This document shows positions 37,591 to 51,324 of a stretch of DNA of 64,000 nt, in pieces. The position numbers were made by a program, and so were the translations under genes. Under the pieces are notes generated by a model. That model worked only from the letters and a program-made list of their open reading frames with translations, ran no database searches and had not been told where the DNA came from. How positions within the stretch are numbered: the first letter of the stretch is position 1; each line of letters opens with the position of its first letter. This stretch comes from Hemiscyllium ocellatum (lineage: Eukaryota). The stretch spans positions 32,345,877-32,409,876 of the forward strand of contig NC_083429.1 of the NCBI RefSeq assembly GCF_020745735.1, given 5' to 3'.

Positions 37591-38915
37591 CTGTCAGGCA
37601 GGGAGGAAGTGGTTGAGCGAGGGAACCATGGTTTACTAAAGAAGTTGAATCTCTTGTCAAGAGGAAGAAGGAGGCTTATGTAAAGATGAGACATGAAGAC
37701 TCAGTTGGGATGCTTTAAAGTTATAAGTTAGCCAGGAGAGGACATGAGAGGTCTTTGGCAGAAAGAGTGAAGAAGAGTCAGGAGAGGACATGAGAAGTCT
37801 TGAGCAGGTAGGATCAAGGAAAGCCCTAAGGCTTTCTAAAGTATGTCAGGAATAAAAGAATAACAAGGGTAAGATTAGAGTCAGTCAAGGACAGTAGTGC
37901 GAAATTGTACATGGAGTGCAAAGTGATAGGAGAGGCGCCAAATGAATACTTTACCTGTGTGAACAGTATTCACACACGAAAAAGACAATTTTGTTAAGGA
38001 GAGTGGATATAGAAGGATGGGTTAGTAAATTTGTGGATGACACTAAAGTCAATAGAGCTGTGGACATTGCAGAAGGATGTTGCAGGTTACAGAAGGACAT
38101 GGATAAGCTGCAGAGCTGGGCTGAGAGGTGGCAAATAGAGTTTAATGTGGAAAGGTGTGAGATGATTCACTTTGGAAGGAGTAATAGGAATACAGCGTAC
38201 TAGGCTAATGGTAAGATTATTGGTAGTGTGGATGAGCAGACAGATCTTTGTGTCCATGTACTTAGATCCCTGAAAGTTGCCATCCAGATTGATAGGATTG
38301 TTCAGAAGGTGTATTAGCTTTTATTGGTAGAGGAATTGAGTTTCAGAGCCATGAGGCAATGTTGCAGCAGTACAAAACTCTGGTGCGGCTGCACTTGGAA
38401 TATTGTGTACAGTTCTGGTTGCCACATATTGGAAGGATATGGAAGCATTGGAAAGAGTGCAGAGGAGATTTACTGGGATATTGCCTGGTATAGAGTGAGG
38501 TTTTATGTGGAAAGGCTGAGGGACTTGAGGCTGTTTTCATTAGAGAGAAGAGGTTAAGAGACGACTTAATATAGGCATACAAGATGATCAGAGGGTTAGT
38601 TAGGGTGGACAGTGAGAGCCTTTTTCCCTGGATGGTGATGGCTAGCATGAGGCGACATAGTTTTAAATTGAGAGGTGATAAATACAGGACAGATATCAGA
38701 GGTAGGTTCTTTACTCAGAATGTTGTAAGGGCATGGAATGCCCTGCCTGCAACAGCGGTGGACTCGCCAACATTAAGGGCATTTAACTGGTCATTGGATA
38801 AATTTATGGATGATAATGGAATAGTGTAGGTTAGATGAGCTTTAGATTGGTTTCACTGGTTGGCACAACATCCAGGGCCAAGGGGCCTGTACGGCACTAT
38901 AATGTTCTATGTTCT

Positions 38916-39840
38916 ATCCCTCTAAACCCTTGATATTCATGTACCCATTGAGATGCCTTTTACATGTTGCAATTGTACCCACCTCCACCACCTCCTCTGG
39001 CAACTTGTTCCATGTACACATCACCCTCTGTGTGAAAAGATTTCCCCTCAGGTTCCCTTTAAAACTTTCCCTTCTCATCTTAGGCCTATCGTCTCTAGGT
39101 TTGGATTTCATTACCCATGGAAAAAAGATCTCAGCTATTCACCCTATCCATGTCTTCATGATTTTATAAACCTCTGTAAGTTTGCCCTAAGTCTCCAATG
39201 ATCAAGGGAAGAAAACCTCAGCCTATTCAGCCTCTCACTATAACGCAAACCCTCCAACACTGACAATATACTTGTAATCTTTTCTAAACCCTTTCAGGTC
39301 AGGCAGCAACCAAGGAGTATGAGAATCGACGTTTCGGGCATATGCCCTTTTTCAGGAAAGGCTCCCTGAAGAAGGGCTCATGCCCGAAATGTCGATTCTC
39401 CTGCTCCTTGGATGCTGCCTGACCTGCTGCGCTTTTCCAGCAACACATTTTCAGCTCTGATCTCCAGCATCTGCAGTCCTCACTCTCTCCTAAACCCTTT
39501 CAAGTTTAACAATATATTTCCTATAGTAAGGAGACCAGAATTGTACAAAGTAGTTTATAAGTGGCCCATCCAATGCCCTGTACAACTTCAACATGACATC
39601 TCAGCTCCTATACTCAACTCACAGACCAATGAAGGCAAGCATACTAAATGCCTTCTTCACCACCCTAGCTCCCTGCAACTCCAAGAAACTATTCACCAGT
39701 ACCCCTAGGTCTCTTTGTTTGGCAACACTCCCTGGGCCCTATCATTAACTAGATAAATCCTGCTCTGATTTGTCTTATTAAAATTTAACACTTCAGATTT
39801 ATCTAAATCAAACTTTATCTGCCACTATTCAGCCCATTGG
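38916..39840 (-). mobile_element. CR1 fragment, tail-to-tail with the long CR1
   Basis: ORF LRGNLFTQRVMCTWNKLPEEVVE. Confidence 0.85.
39297..39489. mobile_element. Mini inverted dimer of PLE family B ends inside CR1
   Basis: Divergent hammerhead motifs at ~39322-39400; 13-bp TSD ctaaaccctttca at 39284-39296 and 39490-39502. Confidence 0.88.
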
Positions 39841-40674
39841 CACACCCCTGCTTTAGTTATGCTCTTTTTTTTCAATAATAATATTCACCTTTCTCTCAAT
39901 TTAACCCTTTAACCCTTAAATTACAGACCTCTCTCTATTGAGAGAGTGTTACAGTGAGAACCATTCCCAAATGCAAGGCAGTTACAATCTATAAGATCAT
40001 TAAAGTGGGCAATAGAGAAACCATTTAGAATTATCATCATGTCCTTGTCCTTAATTGTCCACCCTACTCAGGGCTTCTTAAGATAATTATTATAGCATTA
40101 TTCACTGGTACATCAACGTGTGTTTGAATGAACTACCAGGATTGATTTTGTTACATTGTCAAAATATTTTAGGATTAAAACCATTGTAACACCACAAAAG
40201 GTCTGAATTTTTATGGCATTGTTAACATGTTCAAGCATTCAAAGGCACTTCACAAAAGTGTTATCAAACAAAATAATGAAATGAGCCACAGAAAGATCAA
40301 CTTGGAAATATCGGTCAAAGAGGTAGGTTCTAAAATGGAAAAAGAGACAGAGCTTTAGGGATCAATTTGCAGAGATTTGGGCCCTAGAATTTGAAGACAT
40401 TATCACTAATGGCAAAATCAGTATTGACGATGCACAGAGGCTAGAACTTAAGAAGTGCAGATATCTCTCAGAAGGTGGTATAGCTGGAGGAGGAAAGAAA
40501 TACCTTTTCCTTTCTCGTATTTGACCACTATTGTGATTCAGCTGGGAACAAATTTGCTGCTTTTAATCAAAGTTACTAACTATTTAGTTCTGATTCAATG
40601 TTTGTGTGAATTAAAGGATTTTAAGAAAACGATAGTACATAGATTTTGAATGTACACAATATCTGTCACAGGAT

Positions 40675-40847
40675 GTGTTGCTGGTTAAAGCACAGCAGGT
40701 TAGGCAGCATCCAAGGAACAGAAAATTCGACGTTTCGGGCATAAGCCCTTCATCAGGAATGAGGAGAGTGTGCCAAGCAGGCTAAGATAAAAGGTAGGGA
40801 GGAGGGACTTGGGGGAGGGGCGATGGAGATGTGATAGGTGGAAGGAG
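40675..40847 (-). mobile_element. Solo PLE family B terminal fragment with intact hammerhead (40725-40760)
   Basis: attc-CTGATGA-a-gggc(ttat)gccc-GAAA-cgtc-gaat; 10-bp TSD gtcacaggat at 40665-40674 and 40848-40857. Confidence 0.88.
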
Positions 40848-41514
40848 GTCACAGGATATCTGGGACAAATATATTGAATAGATAAATCAATATATAAGTG
40901 TGCAGTGGTTTCGGGTGGATGACAATAAGTCCTATAAATGTCCACACACCATCGGAACACATTGTCAATTGTAGGGAACTATTTTAAGGCCAAGTCACAT
41001 TGGACTAATGTATATTAAATCGACAAAAGCAACAATGTTGATTAAAAATCTATCCATTATCCATCAAATCAAAACATTCACAAGAGTTTGTTAATTGTGA
41101 TGCAAACAATTTTTTTGGAAACAGCATTTTATTGAAGCAAATGTTTCCACTGATCCAATAAACGAGTGCTTCAGGAACAAACAAAGCGCAATTTCAGCTT
41201 AAACTTGTTTCATTACAATTCATGGTGGGTGAAATTAATCAAAGACTGAGAAAATCATCCTTCAGAAGTGCTCCCATTAGTACGCTGATCATTGACTGGC
41301 ATCAAAAAATAGTATCTTAGCCACAGACTGCCAGTCACCCAAGGCTTTCACTTTATATTCATGTTGAGATAGATGTCCTTAATGTCTTTGAATTCCAATA
41401 AAGAACATTATAGCATACATCAATTTGATTTGCTTTTGTCTTATATCTTCAAAAAAGGGCACTTGGCCTTTGATATTGCCTGAGGCTAGAGTTGCCGACT
41501 ACTGGCACAGATTT

Positions 41515-41935
41515 GATAGAATTATAGAAATTTACAGCACTGAGGAAGGCCATTCAGCCTCATATTCACTTTGACTCAAAATATAATGAGCAAACATATT
41601 CCCATTTTCCATTTTTTTAGTCAATAATCCTGTAGTTTATGACATTTCAATTACATTCTTCAAAACTTTTTGTAAAATGTTCTGATTTAAATGTGGCTGC
41701 TTTGATGAACCTCTCAGGCAGTGGGTTATAAATCTCACATAAACTTCTCTATGTGAAAAGAATTCCACTTTGTATGCCTGTAAACGTTACTCCAGGTTAT
41801 TTTCAATCTCGGCCTTGGTTTTTTTCTTCATTTCCTGGAAGAGGCCCATCAGAATTTTACACGCTTTATTTACATCTCCTTCCACCACTTCTTTTCGAGA
41901 GAAAACAATCTCAGCCTATTAAAGTTCTCCTGTCC
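41515..41935 (-). mobile_element. Old CR1 3' fragment
   Basis: Minus strand ENFNRLRLFSLEK; atagaa tail. Confidence 0.65.
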
Positions 41936-41939
41936 TGAA

Positions 41940-42129
41940 AGTATGTGTGTCTTTCTATCTCTGTGTGTGTCTCTGTTTGTGTATGTGTGTGTGTGGCTGT
42001 ATGTGTCTTTCTCGTTCTCTTTCTGGGTGTGTGTGTGCATGTAAGCATGAGACTCTGTCTGCATGTGTCTGTAAGTGTGTGTGCTTGTCAATGTGTATAT
42101 CAAGAGTGTATGTTCTTGTGAGTATGTGT
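41940..42129. repeat. Degenerate (TG)n/(TC)n microsatellite next to the gap
   Basis: Visible tgtgtg/tctc runs. Confidence 0.9.
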
Positions 42130-42288
42130 NNNNNNNNNNNNNNNNNNNNNNNNNNNNNNNNNNNNNNNNNNNNNNNNNNNNNNNNNNNNNNNNNNNNNNN
42201 NNNNNNNNNNNNNNNNNNNNNNNNNNNNNNNNNNNNNNNNNNNNNNNNNNNNNNNNNNNNNNNNNNNNNNNNNNNNNNNNNNNNNNNN
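42130..42288. other. Assembly gap (159 N)
   Basis: Run of N. Confidence 1.
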
Positions 42289-42579
42289 ATGTCTTTTGTG
42301 GAGTCTCACTGGAGCTTTCTGATGCCGTGTTTGACAGACCAAAATGATTGCTATGACCTCCTGGTTTAATCAGACTCATTATAATTCAGCTACCATAATC
42401 CTCCGAAGAAAGGGACAGCAAAAATCTTTTTGGTACGGGCGTATATGGCTTTACTGGGTCTCTCCAAAGGGGAGTCTGATACATCATAATTGATCACTAT
42501 GATAATCCAACTAAATGATCACTGACATCTATTTGACCAGCTATGTTAATAGCTCTCATTCAAAGGGTGGTTCTCTCCA

Positions 42580-43965
42580 GTTTGCTTCCAGTTCCTCGGG
42601 CTGCAGAGAGCAGGAACAGAGAGATAATGGACTTGAATGTGTGTCTGAGGAACTGGTACAGGAAGCAAGGATTTAAATTCTTGGATCACTGAGGTATGTT
42701 TAGCAGTAAGGATAAATTATACAAGAGGGATGAGTTGCACCTTAACAGGTGGGGGACCAGCATTCTGGCAATCGGTTTGCCATTGCAACACAGGTCTGTT
42801 TAAACTAAGTAATGGGGGGAGGGGACAAACTGGAAATTTAAGAAGGAAGTTGAAGACAAAATGAGAATAAGAGAAGTTTAAAAATACAACAGAATTAATG
42901 GAGCAGAAAACTTTTCAAGAAGGGACGGAGAAAGAAAACAGGGAATTATAGACTGGTTCGCCTGACATCAGTGGTGGGAAAGATGCTGGAGTCAATTATC
43001 AAAGACAAAATTATGACTAATTTGGATAGCAGTAACAGGATAGGTCAGAGTTAGCATGGATTCACAAAGGGGAATTCGTGCTTGACTAATCTTCTGGAAT
43101 TTTTTGAGGATGTAACTTTGAAGATAGACAAAGGAGAGCCAGTGGATGTAGTGTACCTGGACTTTCAGAAAGCCTTTGATAAAGTCCCACATAGGAGATT
43201 AGTGAGCAAAAATTAGGGCACATGGTATTGGGGTCAAGGTACTGACTTGGATTGATAATTGGCTGACTGACAGGAAGCAAATATTAGTGATAAACGGGTC
43301 CCTTTTGGAATAGCAGGCAGTGACAAGTGGGGTACCACAAGGTTTAGTACTGGGACCGCAGCTGTTTACAATATACATAAATTATGTAGATGAAGGCATT
43401 AAAAGTAATATTAGAAAATTTGCTGATGGCACAAAGCTGGGTGGCAGGGTGGAATGTGAGGAGGATGTTTTGAGAATGCATGGTGACTAGGACAGACTTG
43501 GTTAATAGACAGTTGCATGGCAGATGCAGTTTAATGTGAATAAATGTGTGGTGATCCACTTTGGTGGCAAGAACAGGAAGGCAGATTACTATCTAAATGG
43601 AGTCAAGTTGGGTAAAGGGGAGGTACAACAAGATCTAGGTGTTCTTGTACATCAGTCAATGAAAGCAAGAATGCAAGTATAGCAGGCAGTGAAGAAAGCT
43701 AATGGCATGCTGGCCTTCATAACAAGAGGAATTGAGTATAGGAGCAAAGAGGTCTTCTGCAGCTTGTACAGGGCTCTGGTGAGACCGTACCTGGAGTATT
43801 GTGTGCAGTCTTGGTCTCCAAATTTGAGGAAGGACATTCTGGCTATTGAGGGAGTGCAGCATAGGTTCACGAGGTCAATTCCTGGAATGGCAGGACTCTC
43901 ATATGTTGAAAGATTCGAGCGACTGGGCTTGTATACACTTCGGTTTAGAAGGATGAGAGGGGATC
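42580..43965 (+). mobile_element. CR1 with ORF1 esterase tail joined to RT (internal deletion)
   Basis: DELHLNRWG (~42730); [41 protein letters not shown]. Confidence 0.9.
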
Positions 43966-44190
43966 CTCGTAAAAGTTTTCTGAAATCTTTCCACTTTAGT
44001 AACATTTTCCCATAACAGGGCCATCACAACTGCACATAGTACACCAGAAGAGACATCACGAAAATCTGATACAACCTCAAAATGACATTCCAACTCCTAT
44101 ACTCAAAGGTCTAAGCAATGTGTTCTAAATGGCTACAGAACTACCCTGTCTACCTGTGATGTAAACTTCAAAGAACTTTGCAACTTACCC
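43966..44190 (-). mobile_element. CR1 fragment in opposite orientation abutting the previous copy
   Basis: Minus strand ENVTKVERFQKTFTR. Confidence 0.6.
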
Positions 44191-45231
44191 CCTTGGTTTT
44201 CATTTTTTAAAAATTTCATATAAAATTAGGTGTACAATATGCCAAGGTTCTCATGTATGTCAAAGACATAAGTTCAAAGGACAAAAATGTGTTGAATTTC
44301 ATGCTCCACATGTTTAATATATACTACAGTAAATTTTCTTTAATATAAAAATCTGCTACCAAGTATTAAGCCAACATGTGCAAATATTTATTCTCCACAT
44401 TGCAGATAAGGTAATCCTTCTATCCTGTGACCTTGAACACAAATAATATGAATAAAAACTTCAATTTACTGACAGCCTTTAACATCCAGAATATATTGGA
44501 CTTCACAGAAATCGAAACAGGCATAAATAAATGCTGAACAATAGAAAAGAGGGCTGACCATTAATAACAATAATGACTTTAATCCAAACAAAACAGCAGA
44601 CATGCTGATACATTTTTTGGGTTTCTTTTACAGGCTTGGGGCTGTGGTACCAGAATGTCTGAAGGTCTGTTTTGTTTACGTACATTTTAATGAGGTTTTA
44701 CAATTTTGACTTGAAAAGCAGGGGACGTTTAACAGATCAGCATATTAAATCAAAATCTATTTCGTGTTCAAAGCCTAGGAATGCAAAGAATTGGACAATC
44801 GTGAAGGTCAGGCAGTCTATGTATGTGACAGAGGGAGGCAATGTTGCTGACAGTTGAGGTTGTGTATTTGCTCTAAACTTAAAAGCATTGATGAGTTTGG
44901 TTTTCAGTTTATTTCAGGTGTATCAGGGAAACAGCAGATGAAGGGAAAAAGCATCTTGTGACTACCCAGAAATTTGCCATTAGGAAACCAATTGTGAGGG
45001 TCCTAACCAAGACTAGTGTCAAAAGTAATGGTAACTCTTCATTAATTTGAGTGTTGCAAGGATATTACTGAGATAAAAGGGATACTGTGATGTTCTATCT
45101 TTGTTTGATGTCCATAATAAAATCAATCTTATGTTTAATGTTGTCTAGTGTAATTTAGCTTGTGCTATTTTCTTCATTAATAAACATTTTATTCTTTGTA
45201 TTAAGTGCACACTTGCAGCCTCTTCTGAATG

Positions 45232-45421
45232 TTCAAAGTTTGTGAGAAGATTTGTAGCTCAGGTGCTCATTGTTGTGGTTCTGTTCACCGAGCTGGGAGT
45301 TTTTCTTGCAAACGTTTCGTCCCCTTTCTAGGTGACATCTTCAGTGCTTGGGAGCCTCCTGTGAAGCGCTTCTGTACTGATTCCTCCGGCATTTATATTG
45401 GTTTGAATCTGCCGCTACCTG
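45232..45421 (-). mobile_element. Solo 3' terminal repeat of a family A-related PLE with intact hammerhead (45308-45347)
   Basis: Homologous to 23064-23255; gca-CTGAAGA-t-gtcacct(agaa)aggggac-GAAA-cgtt-tgc; upstream tataaat. Confidence 0.88.
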
Positions 45422-46979
45422 TATGCACATGCATTGCATTCCTCTGTCATTAAGGTTTCTGGGGTAATGCTAAACTATTTGGTTATAACAAAGCAGTGTG
45501 CTTCCATTAGGATGTCATGTTTCAAGTGAACTTAAGGTAGGATGGAGTATGAGATCATTATATGCTTAGTTCATATGCTATGATACTGTGAAGCCATTTT
45601 GAGCATGTTGCCCATGGTGATATTCTGATAATGTGACTAACACAATTGGTTGTAGGATCAGAGAAAGTCAGAATGATTAGTTTTTGGGTGGGGTGGGGGG
45701 AGCAATAGGATAAACAGTACATGATGCACAACACAGGTAATGGAGGCTTTAGTGGTGTGGTGGCTAATTAATGTGGTGAATTTGGTATGATTTGGCAAGA
45801 CGACTTGTTAGGCCTCATGGTGGAAAACACTCCAAAGAACTCAACATAAATTGGATTCAGCTAAAAAAGAGATGATTCAGCCCATGAATTTTCTTCTCTC
45901 TCCCTACTGCTTTTAGCTTTTACTCAAATTTCTTGCAAGAACTCTATTAAATGTTATGCCAACATCAAGATTTATCCAACAGAAAGGAAGGAGCACCATA
46001 CAATATATTAGTTGATCTTTTTGTCATCCATGTAAAGGAATTTTTCTCCACACAGTGAAATTCTCTGACAGTGAGATGGGTGTGGAAGGAGATAGTGAGG
46101 TAAAATGAACAACTGACAAACCATTAATGCTTTGATAGCACGATAGACCAATCCACATATCTGTCAACCTGCTTCATCAGTGAAGAAACACATATTTTAT
46201 GAGGTTACTAATTTAATCTCATCCTATTGCATACAGACTTTAGATGTGTTAAACAGATTTCAGCTTTTTTAGCAGGTTACATATTAAAGAGTTACAACTG
46301 AAAATCATGATAAAAGTACTTGTTACAAAGCCACAGAAATTTAATAAAAAGTAATGTATAATAAGTGGCTGTTAAATATCTGTATTGTGGAGTGTACTCA
46401 TGGATGACTGGGTGTCTCAGTTGTTGGCTGGAGAGTAGGCAAGAGCACTGTGTTTCTACATTTTGTGCCTCTGGAGTATTTAACAAGTCAGGAAAAAGGC
46501 TTTTCAACAAGAAGGTCAGCCCAATGAGAACGCCTCACAGCTGGGCAGCTCTTCTGCACTCAGAAGCGCCACGTAGGAGATGGTGGTTGCTGCTGGTATT
46601 GCATTCCCTGAATTCTCAGAATGGCATGGGACTCAGGCACAGCTGAGTGATGGCAGGTGAGGCAGGGCTACAGTGGAGGTCAGTGGTGACAGGGGTTCAC
46701 AATGCAAAGTTCCTCAATCAAGCATTATGTCTTTGAATGAGTAACTCCTCCTGGGAGCTCAGAAGTAAACATGCCAAGTCCTCTCATGGTGAATGTGCTT
46801 CCATCATCTCAGTTAATACCATGGTAGTGAAATGTATTCTTTTAATGGATATTGATTAGTCTCAATGATGGCAAAGCTGGAAGGCTGTCCACAGGAGGCT
46901 GGAAGGATCATTTTCTGTCTACTTGCCTGATTAAATGCACCCCAGCACCAATTGCTCTATGGTACCACACAACATTCTG

Positions 46980-47530
46980 CAAATTGTAATTAATGTAACA
47001 CAATAGTGGAGTTGATTTTGAGATTTGGGGCTGGAGCAGTGATTGGGTCAAATCGTCAGTGTTGCTTCAAGAGCCAGTTTGATGTTCAGGCTTCTCTTGA
47101 CTCTCTTTGTGGAGCTGTCGGTGTGTTTTCAGAGAGAATTGGAAGCCTGTTGAACTGGAGAATTAGATTTCTGACAGAATTGGTAAACTGCAGCTTTCTA
47201 TCCATCACAATATACTTTGCAACATAATGTACCACTTGAGATATATATGGCAAGGCACTGAGGCCACTGCTCTTACCCACTGCTCTTATGCCATGCCTAA
47301 GTGGCACTAGACCTCCCAGATTCCTCTTACCCACTTGTCAAAGTGCATTTCCATTGATAGATTTTCTTCTTCCATGTGCAACCCTGGCAGTTGCCACCAC
47401 TCCAGGTTGCACTGTTAGGCTTCTGAACTATTGGGACTTGATTGAACAGTAGCTCCCAGTCCTTAATACAGATGAGGTCCACATCCCACAGATGTCACAG
47501 GGATGTTGACCTTCACCATCAAAATCATCA
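46980..47530 (-). pseudogene. Highly decayed PIF/Harbinger transposase fragment
   Basis: Minus strand VKV, DICG, TPTAPQRE and LLKQH*RFD in expected order. Confidence 0.4.
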
Positions 47531-49739
47531 CTCAGTATTCTAAAACGTGATCATGATTATAAAATAGTTTGAAATTTAAATTAATCTGTTGTGTTACCTC
47601 TTGTCTTTTCTCTGATTGGGACTGTCCTTAAGCTTTTCCCATTAGCTCAAACATAATCAATGTCACTTTTATATTTTCAGGAGTAGACTTTGACTGTATG
47701 ACAGCTCTATTGTTTAGCTATATTTCTCTTTTTCCGAGTTACAGAACTGAGCATGCTGGAATTTTACTTATGATTAAAACTTATTGTTATATGGTTTATA
47801 GTCCATGGGAGTATAATCGAATGACAAAAAAAGTTTGATTTTAAACTTAAAACTAGATATGGAGACTGGAGATGTGTGCCTCAGCACAGACAGGATCACG
47901 CTATGAGGAATAAGAATATAGGCTAATGGTTTTGAGTATCTCTCAGTGTAGAATAAGGAAAGAGTTCTCCAGACACCTAAGCATTTGAGTTCAAGATATG
48001 GAAATAGATCAGAAATCCAATTCTCCAGTTCTGTTGGCTTCCTATTCTCTCTGAAAATGCAGGGCAGCCCTCTGAAGAGATTCCAGTGAGGCCTGACAAT
48101 CAAACTGGCTCGTGAAGCATCATTAACCCTCTACCCAAGGATCAAGGAAATAATGATGTAATTCTCAAGTGTTCCTTGTTAATTGCTGCTCAAGTTTGTT
48201 ATGCACAATGTCTCATTTATTCTTAAATAAACATTGTAATGTTTAGCAATGTTTGAGCTAGCTTAGAGCTATTGATCTAGCAACCCAAAAGGAGGACAAA
48301 TCTATTGTTGCAGCTTGCATGTGTCATCAAATGCTGAAAACAGTGTGAAGGTCACATAACTGGGTGAAAGACAGAAGAGTATCACAATCAATGGATTTAC
48401 ATCAACTATTAGTGCCCATCTCCATTACAATTCAGTCATCTATTCCAAACAATATAAAATCAGAAAAAAATGTTATGGCCAGGTTGAGAGAAACACAAAC
48501 ATCCCTACTGTGTGTTATCAGTTGGCTTTTGAAGGAAAGCTGTGTGGGTTTCTTAACTTCTAAATGTATGGGCAACTTAGAACAAGGAGCAAGCTTTTCA
48601 TGGACTTAAATACAGAAGATTGTTGTTCATACATTCATATCAAATCTAAAATGATGGCACCCAGGCACATAGTAGCACACACACAAACACTTTCAAGGAA
48701 AGTAGAATTAGAGAGAATAATATAGTGTTGCAAATTACAGGAACAGTTCAGAAATCATGTGATTGCCCTGTTCTGGAAAATATTTCACATGGAAACAAGT
48801 CTCCACTCCTGCAATGTAGTTTAGGTAAATTCAACAGACAAAGTCACGTACTAATGGCACTTCTGCAGATCTCTCAAAGAGGTGGACTTTTGTAAATCAC
48901 AGAGGTACTTGCTTCTGTTTTGCCTTTCTTCAGATAAAAAGACCAGGATAGCTATCCCCATCCAAGTCTTAAACCCCTTAAAGAATCTTATCGCAATGAT
49001 ATCATGATCATTGTTAACAGTGTTAACACCTAAGGATCCAGTTTACATTTGGTTTATAGATGTTTCTATTAATTTGTATCATGACATAAAAACCATTGAC
49101 TATTTCACATGCTTAAGGTGTGTCAATGATGTGTATCTGTTTTGAGGGAAGAATGTTTTCTCTCAAGGTTTTATCAGCAGTTGTTTGTATTGCAGATAGA
49201 CAAAAGGGAATCAAAACCCTTCAGAAAAAGGAGTGACCTCCAAGATAATTTAAAGGATTTACCAGCCATGCATATGACTAAAACCTGAAAAACATGATGC
49301 ATAAATTTGATTGTCTCTCCATGTAATATTTTATCAAATGTCAGTGTTAGATGAAACCATTAACTTTCAGACCTCATACTGAGGCCCTCATCAGAATGCT
49401 TCTTTGGAACAACTATGATAAAATAGTTCCTTTGATGCAACTCAGGAATGACCAGCCATAATTTAGCTAACACATACTTCCACTGACAGCTGCCTCCTCT
49501 TTGAATGTATAGTTCCTCCACCACTTGGAAATAAAGACTTTAGGAGGGTATTTCCTTTGATTCCAACATGTTGCCTTCACTAACAAACTGATGTCATCCT
49601 TGTCATTTATCTCATGATCTCTATGGTGAAGTTATTGCTTTGATGGGGAATGCTGCTCCGTGAGACTGGACGATCATTATGGTCAAGGATAATTTAGAAA
49701 GTTATTCTATCTCTTGCTGACATAATTCCATTGGAGAAA

Positions 49740-50255
49740 AAAACTACATTGCTCAAGTGTATGCTGGGAGTTTACACAGACAACTAACACAGGAAATCCG
49801 TTCTTTATTAATCATTATTTACTCTGGATAAGTGCAGCTGCAACAACAACTCAAAAAGGTTTGACGCTTATCCCGGTGCACAGTACTCCACTGATTGACA
49901 CCACATCCACAAATATTCACTCACTCCATCACCAATTCTCAGCATCATCTATAGGGTGCACTGCAGAGATTCACCAAGGCTCCTTAGCTAGCACTTTCCA
50001 AATGTGTGACAACTATCATCCAGAATAACAAGGGCAGCAAGGTACATGAGAACACCACCAGGTGCAATTTCCCCCTACAAACCACTCGCTATACTGATTT
50101 GGATCAATATTCCCATTTCTTCAGTATCACTGAATCAAAGTCTTGGAACTTGTGAGTGTCCCTAAGTACATGGACTGCAGCAGTTCAAGACTGTGGTATA
50201 ACACCAATTTTCTCAAAAACAAATGGGAATGTGTAATTAATGCTGGCCGGTGATT
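49740..50255 (+). mobile_element. Old LINE 3' fragment (same group as 31350-32520)
   Basis: cactccatcacc..tgcactgcag..caccaaggctccttag..aagggcagca. Confidence 0.65.
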
Positions 50256-51324
50256 GAATTTTTTAAAATGAGACAATCTTTGTATAAATACACCTTTAAA
50301 TCCAGGCAGCAGTCAGGGTATAACGCAGACCAAGTCACTGGAGGCACAAGATGGACATAGTGGTGTAAAATATTCATGTGCTACAGGCTCTGAGTCACAT
50401 GCGAGTAGCATGTAGTGATAGTTGCTACATGAATATGCTTATTTGCATGGAGTATAGTCCTGATAGCTGGCATTAGGTCACTGGAAATACACTTCTGAGT
50501 GAAATAAAGTGCCAATAGTAATCTCCAGATCCTAAAATGTAGCCTGTTGGCAAAATGCAGGGAGTTTCACTTTAATATGAGAGCTTATGATGGTCTGAAA
50601 TGGAAAACAGCTCCTTCCCTAGAGATAACATCTCCCTTCTCGATAGCAGATATTTTCTCCAACCATAATCAACTGAAGCCAAATGAAAATGAGTACATTT
50701 TCTGGAAATTAGTTTCAGTACATTTGAAGCCATCATGCATGCCAATTAGTCTATTGTGTGAAATAGGTTCAGAACATGTATGCTTTGAAAATTAATCCCA
50801 GATTTTCAAAGGAAAATAATTCAATTTATTAGATCATTGGAATGTGATATGAGGCTCTCTTCAAACAGTTAATGGCAGATGTATGGAAATTATACCATGT
50901 AAGTCATAAAACAATTTTTCATGCTTTGAAAAATAACACAAACCATAGATTTACATCTTTAAATGATTCAGACCAAGCAGAACAAATTCAATGAATAATC
51001 ACATACATTTGGGAAATTTTTACCAAACAAAAATCCGTGAGTTGGATTTCTATCAGATGTTAACATGTTAAAAATTGGAACCCAAACCCTGACTGACTGC
51101 AAGCTGTCCATTTTTGAGTTTAAATTGGACAAGAACAGGCAGCCTTGGGGGATGCAGCTTGCTAAATTAATCATTCTAATGATTCTAGCTGTTTATGATT
51201 TTACTTCTTTGCATGTTGTAACATTGGTAAACCAGATTCCCAGATTTCAGAAAACTTGGCAGCTGAAGTGAATCAAGGACAGCTTTGAGGGAAAGGTAAG
51301 AAACCTCACAGAAGTTGGGGCAGC

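Larger units (their letters stand above)
33540..38915 (+). mobile_element. Near-full-length CR1 with decayed ORF1 (Zn finger, SGNH esterase) and ORF2 (APE, RT with large internal deletion); hosts a PLE dimer and a SINE
   Basis: ATG 33796 MAVQAVLCSSC..CRKCTQ; GDSI (~34214); VVVHTGTNN; DGLYLN; APE start FNVRSI..ISETW (36534); jump at ~37995 to SKFVDDTK; gttctat tail. 5' limit is approximate. Confidence 0.88.

Noticed and set aside
37733-37810. ~28-bp direct repeat aggagaggacatgaga
   Set aside because: Local duplication inside a dead CR1; not an array
41870-42379. Cys/His-rich ORFs across the gap
   Set aside because: Artefacts of the TG microsatellite and N run
44640-45490. Solo LTR candidates (also ~12760-13790 and ~30024-30800)
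   Set aside because: aataaa and some aaca ends are suggestive, but I found no matching TSD or paired LTR
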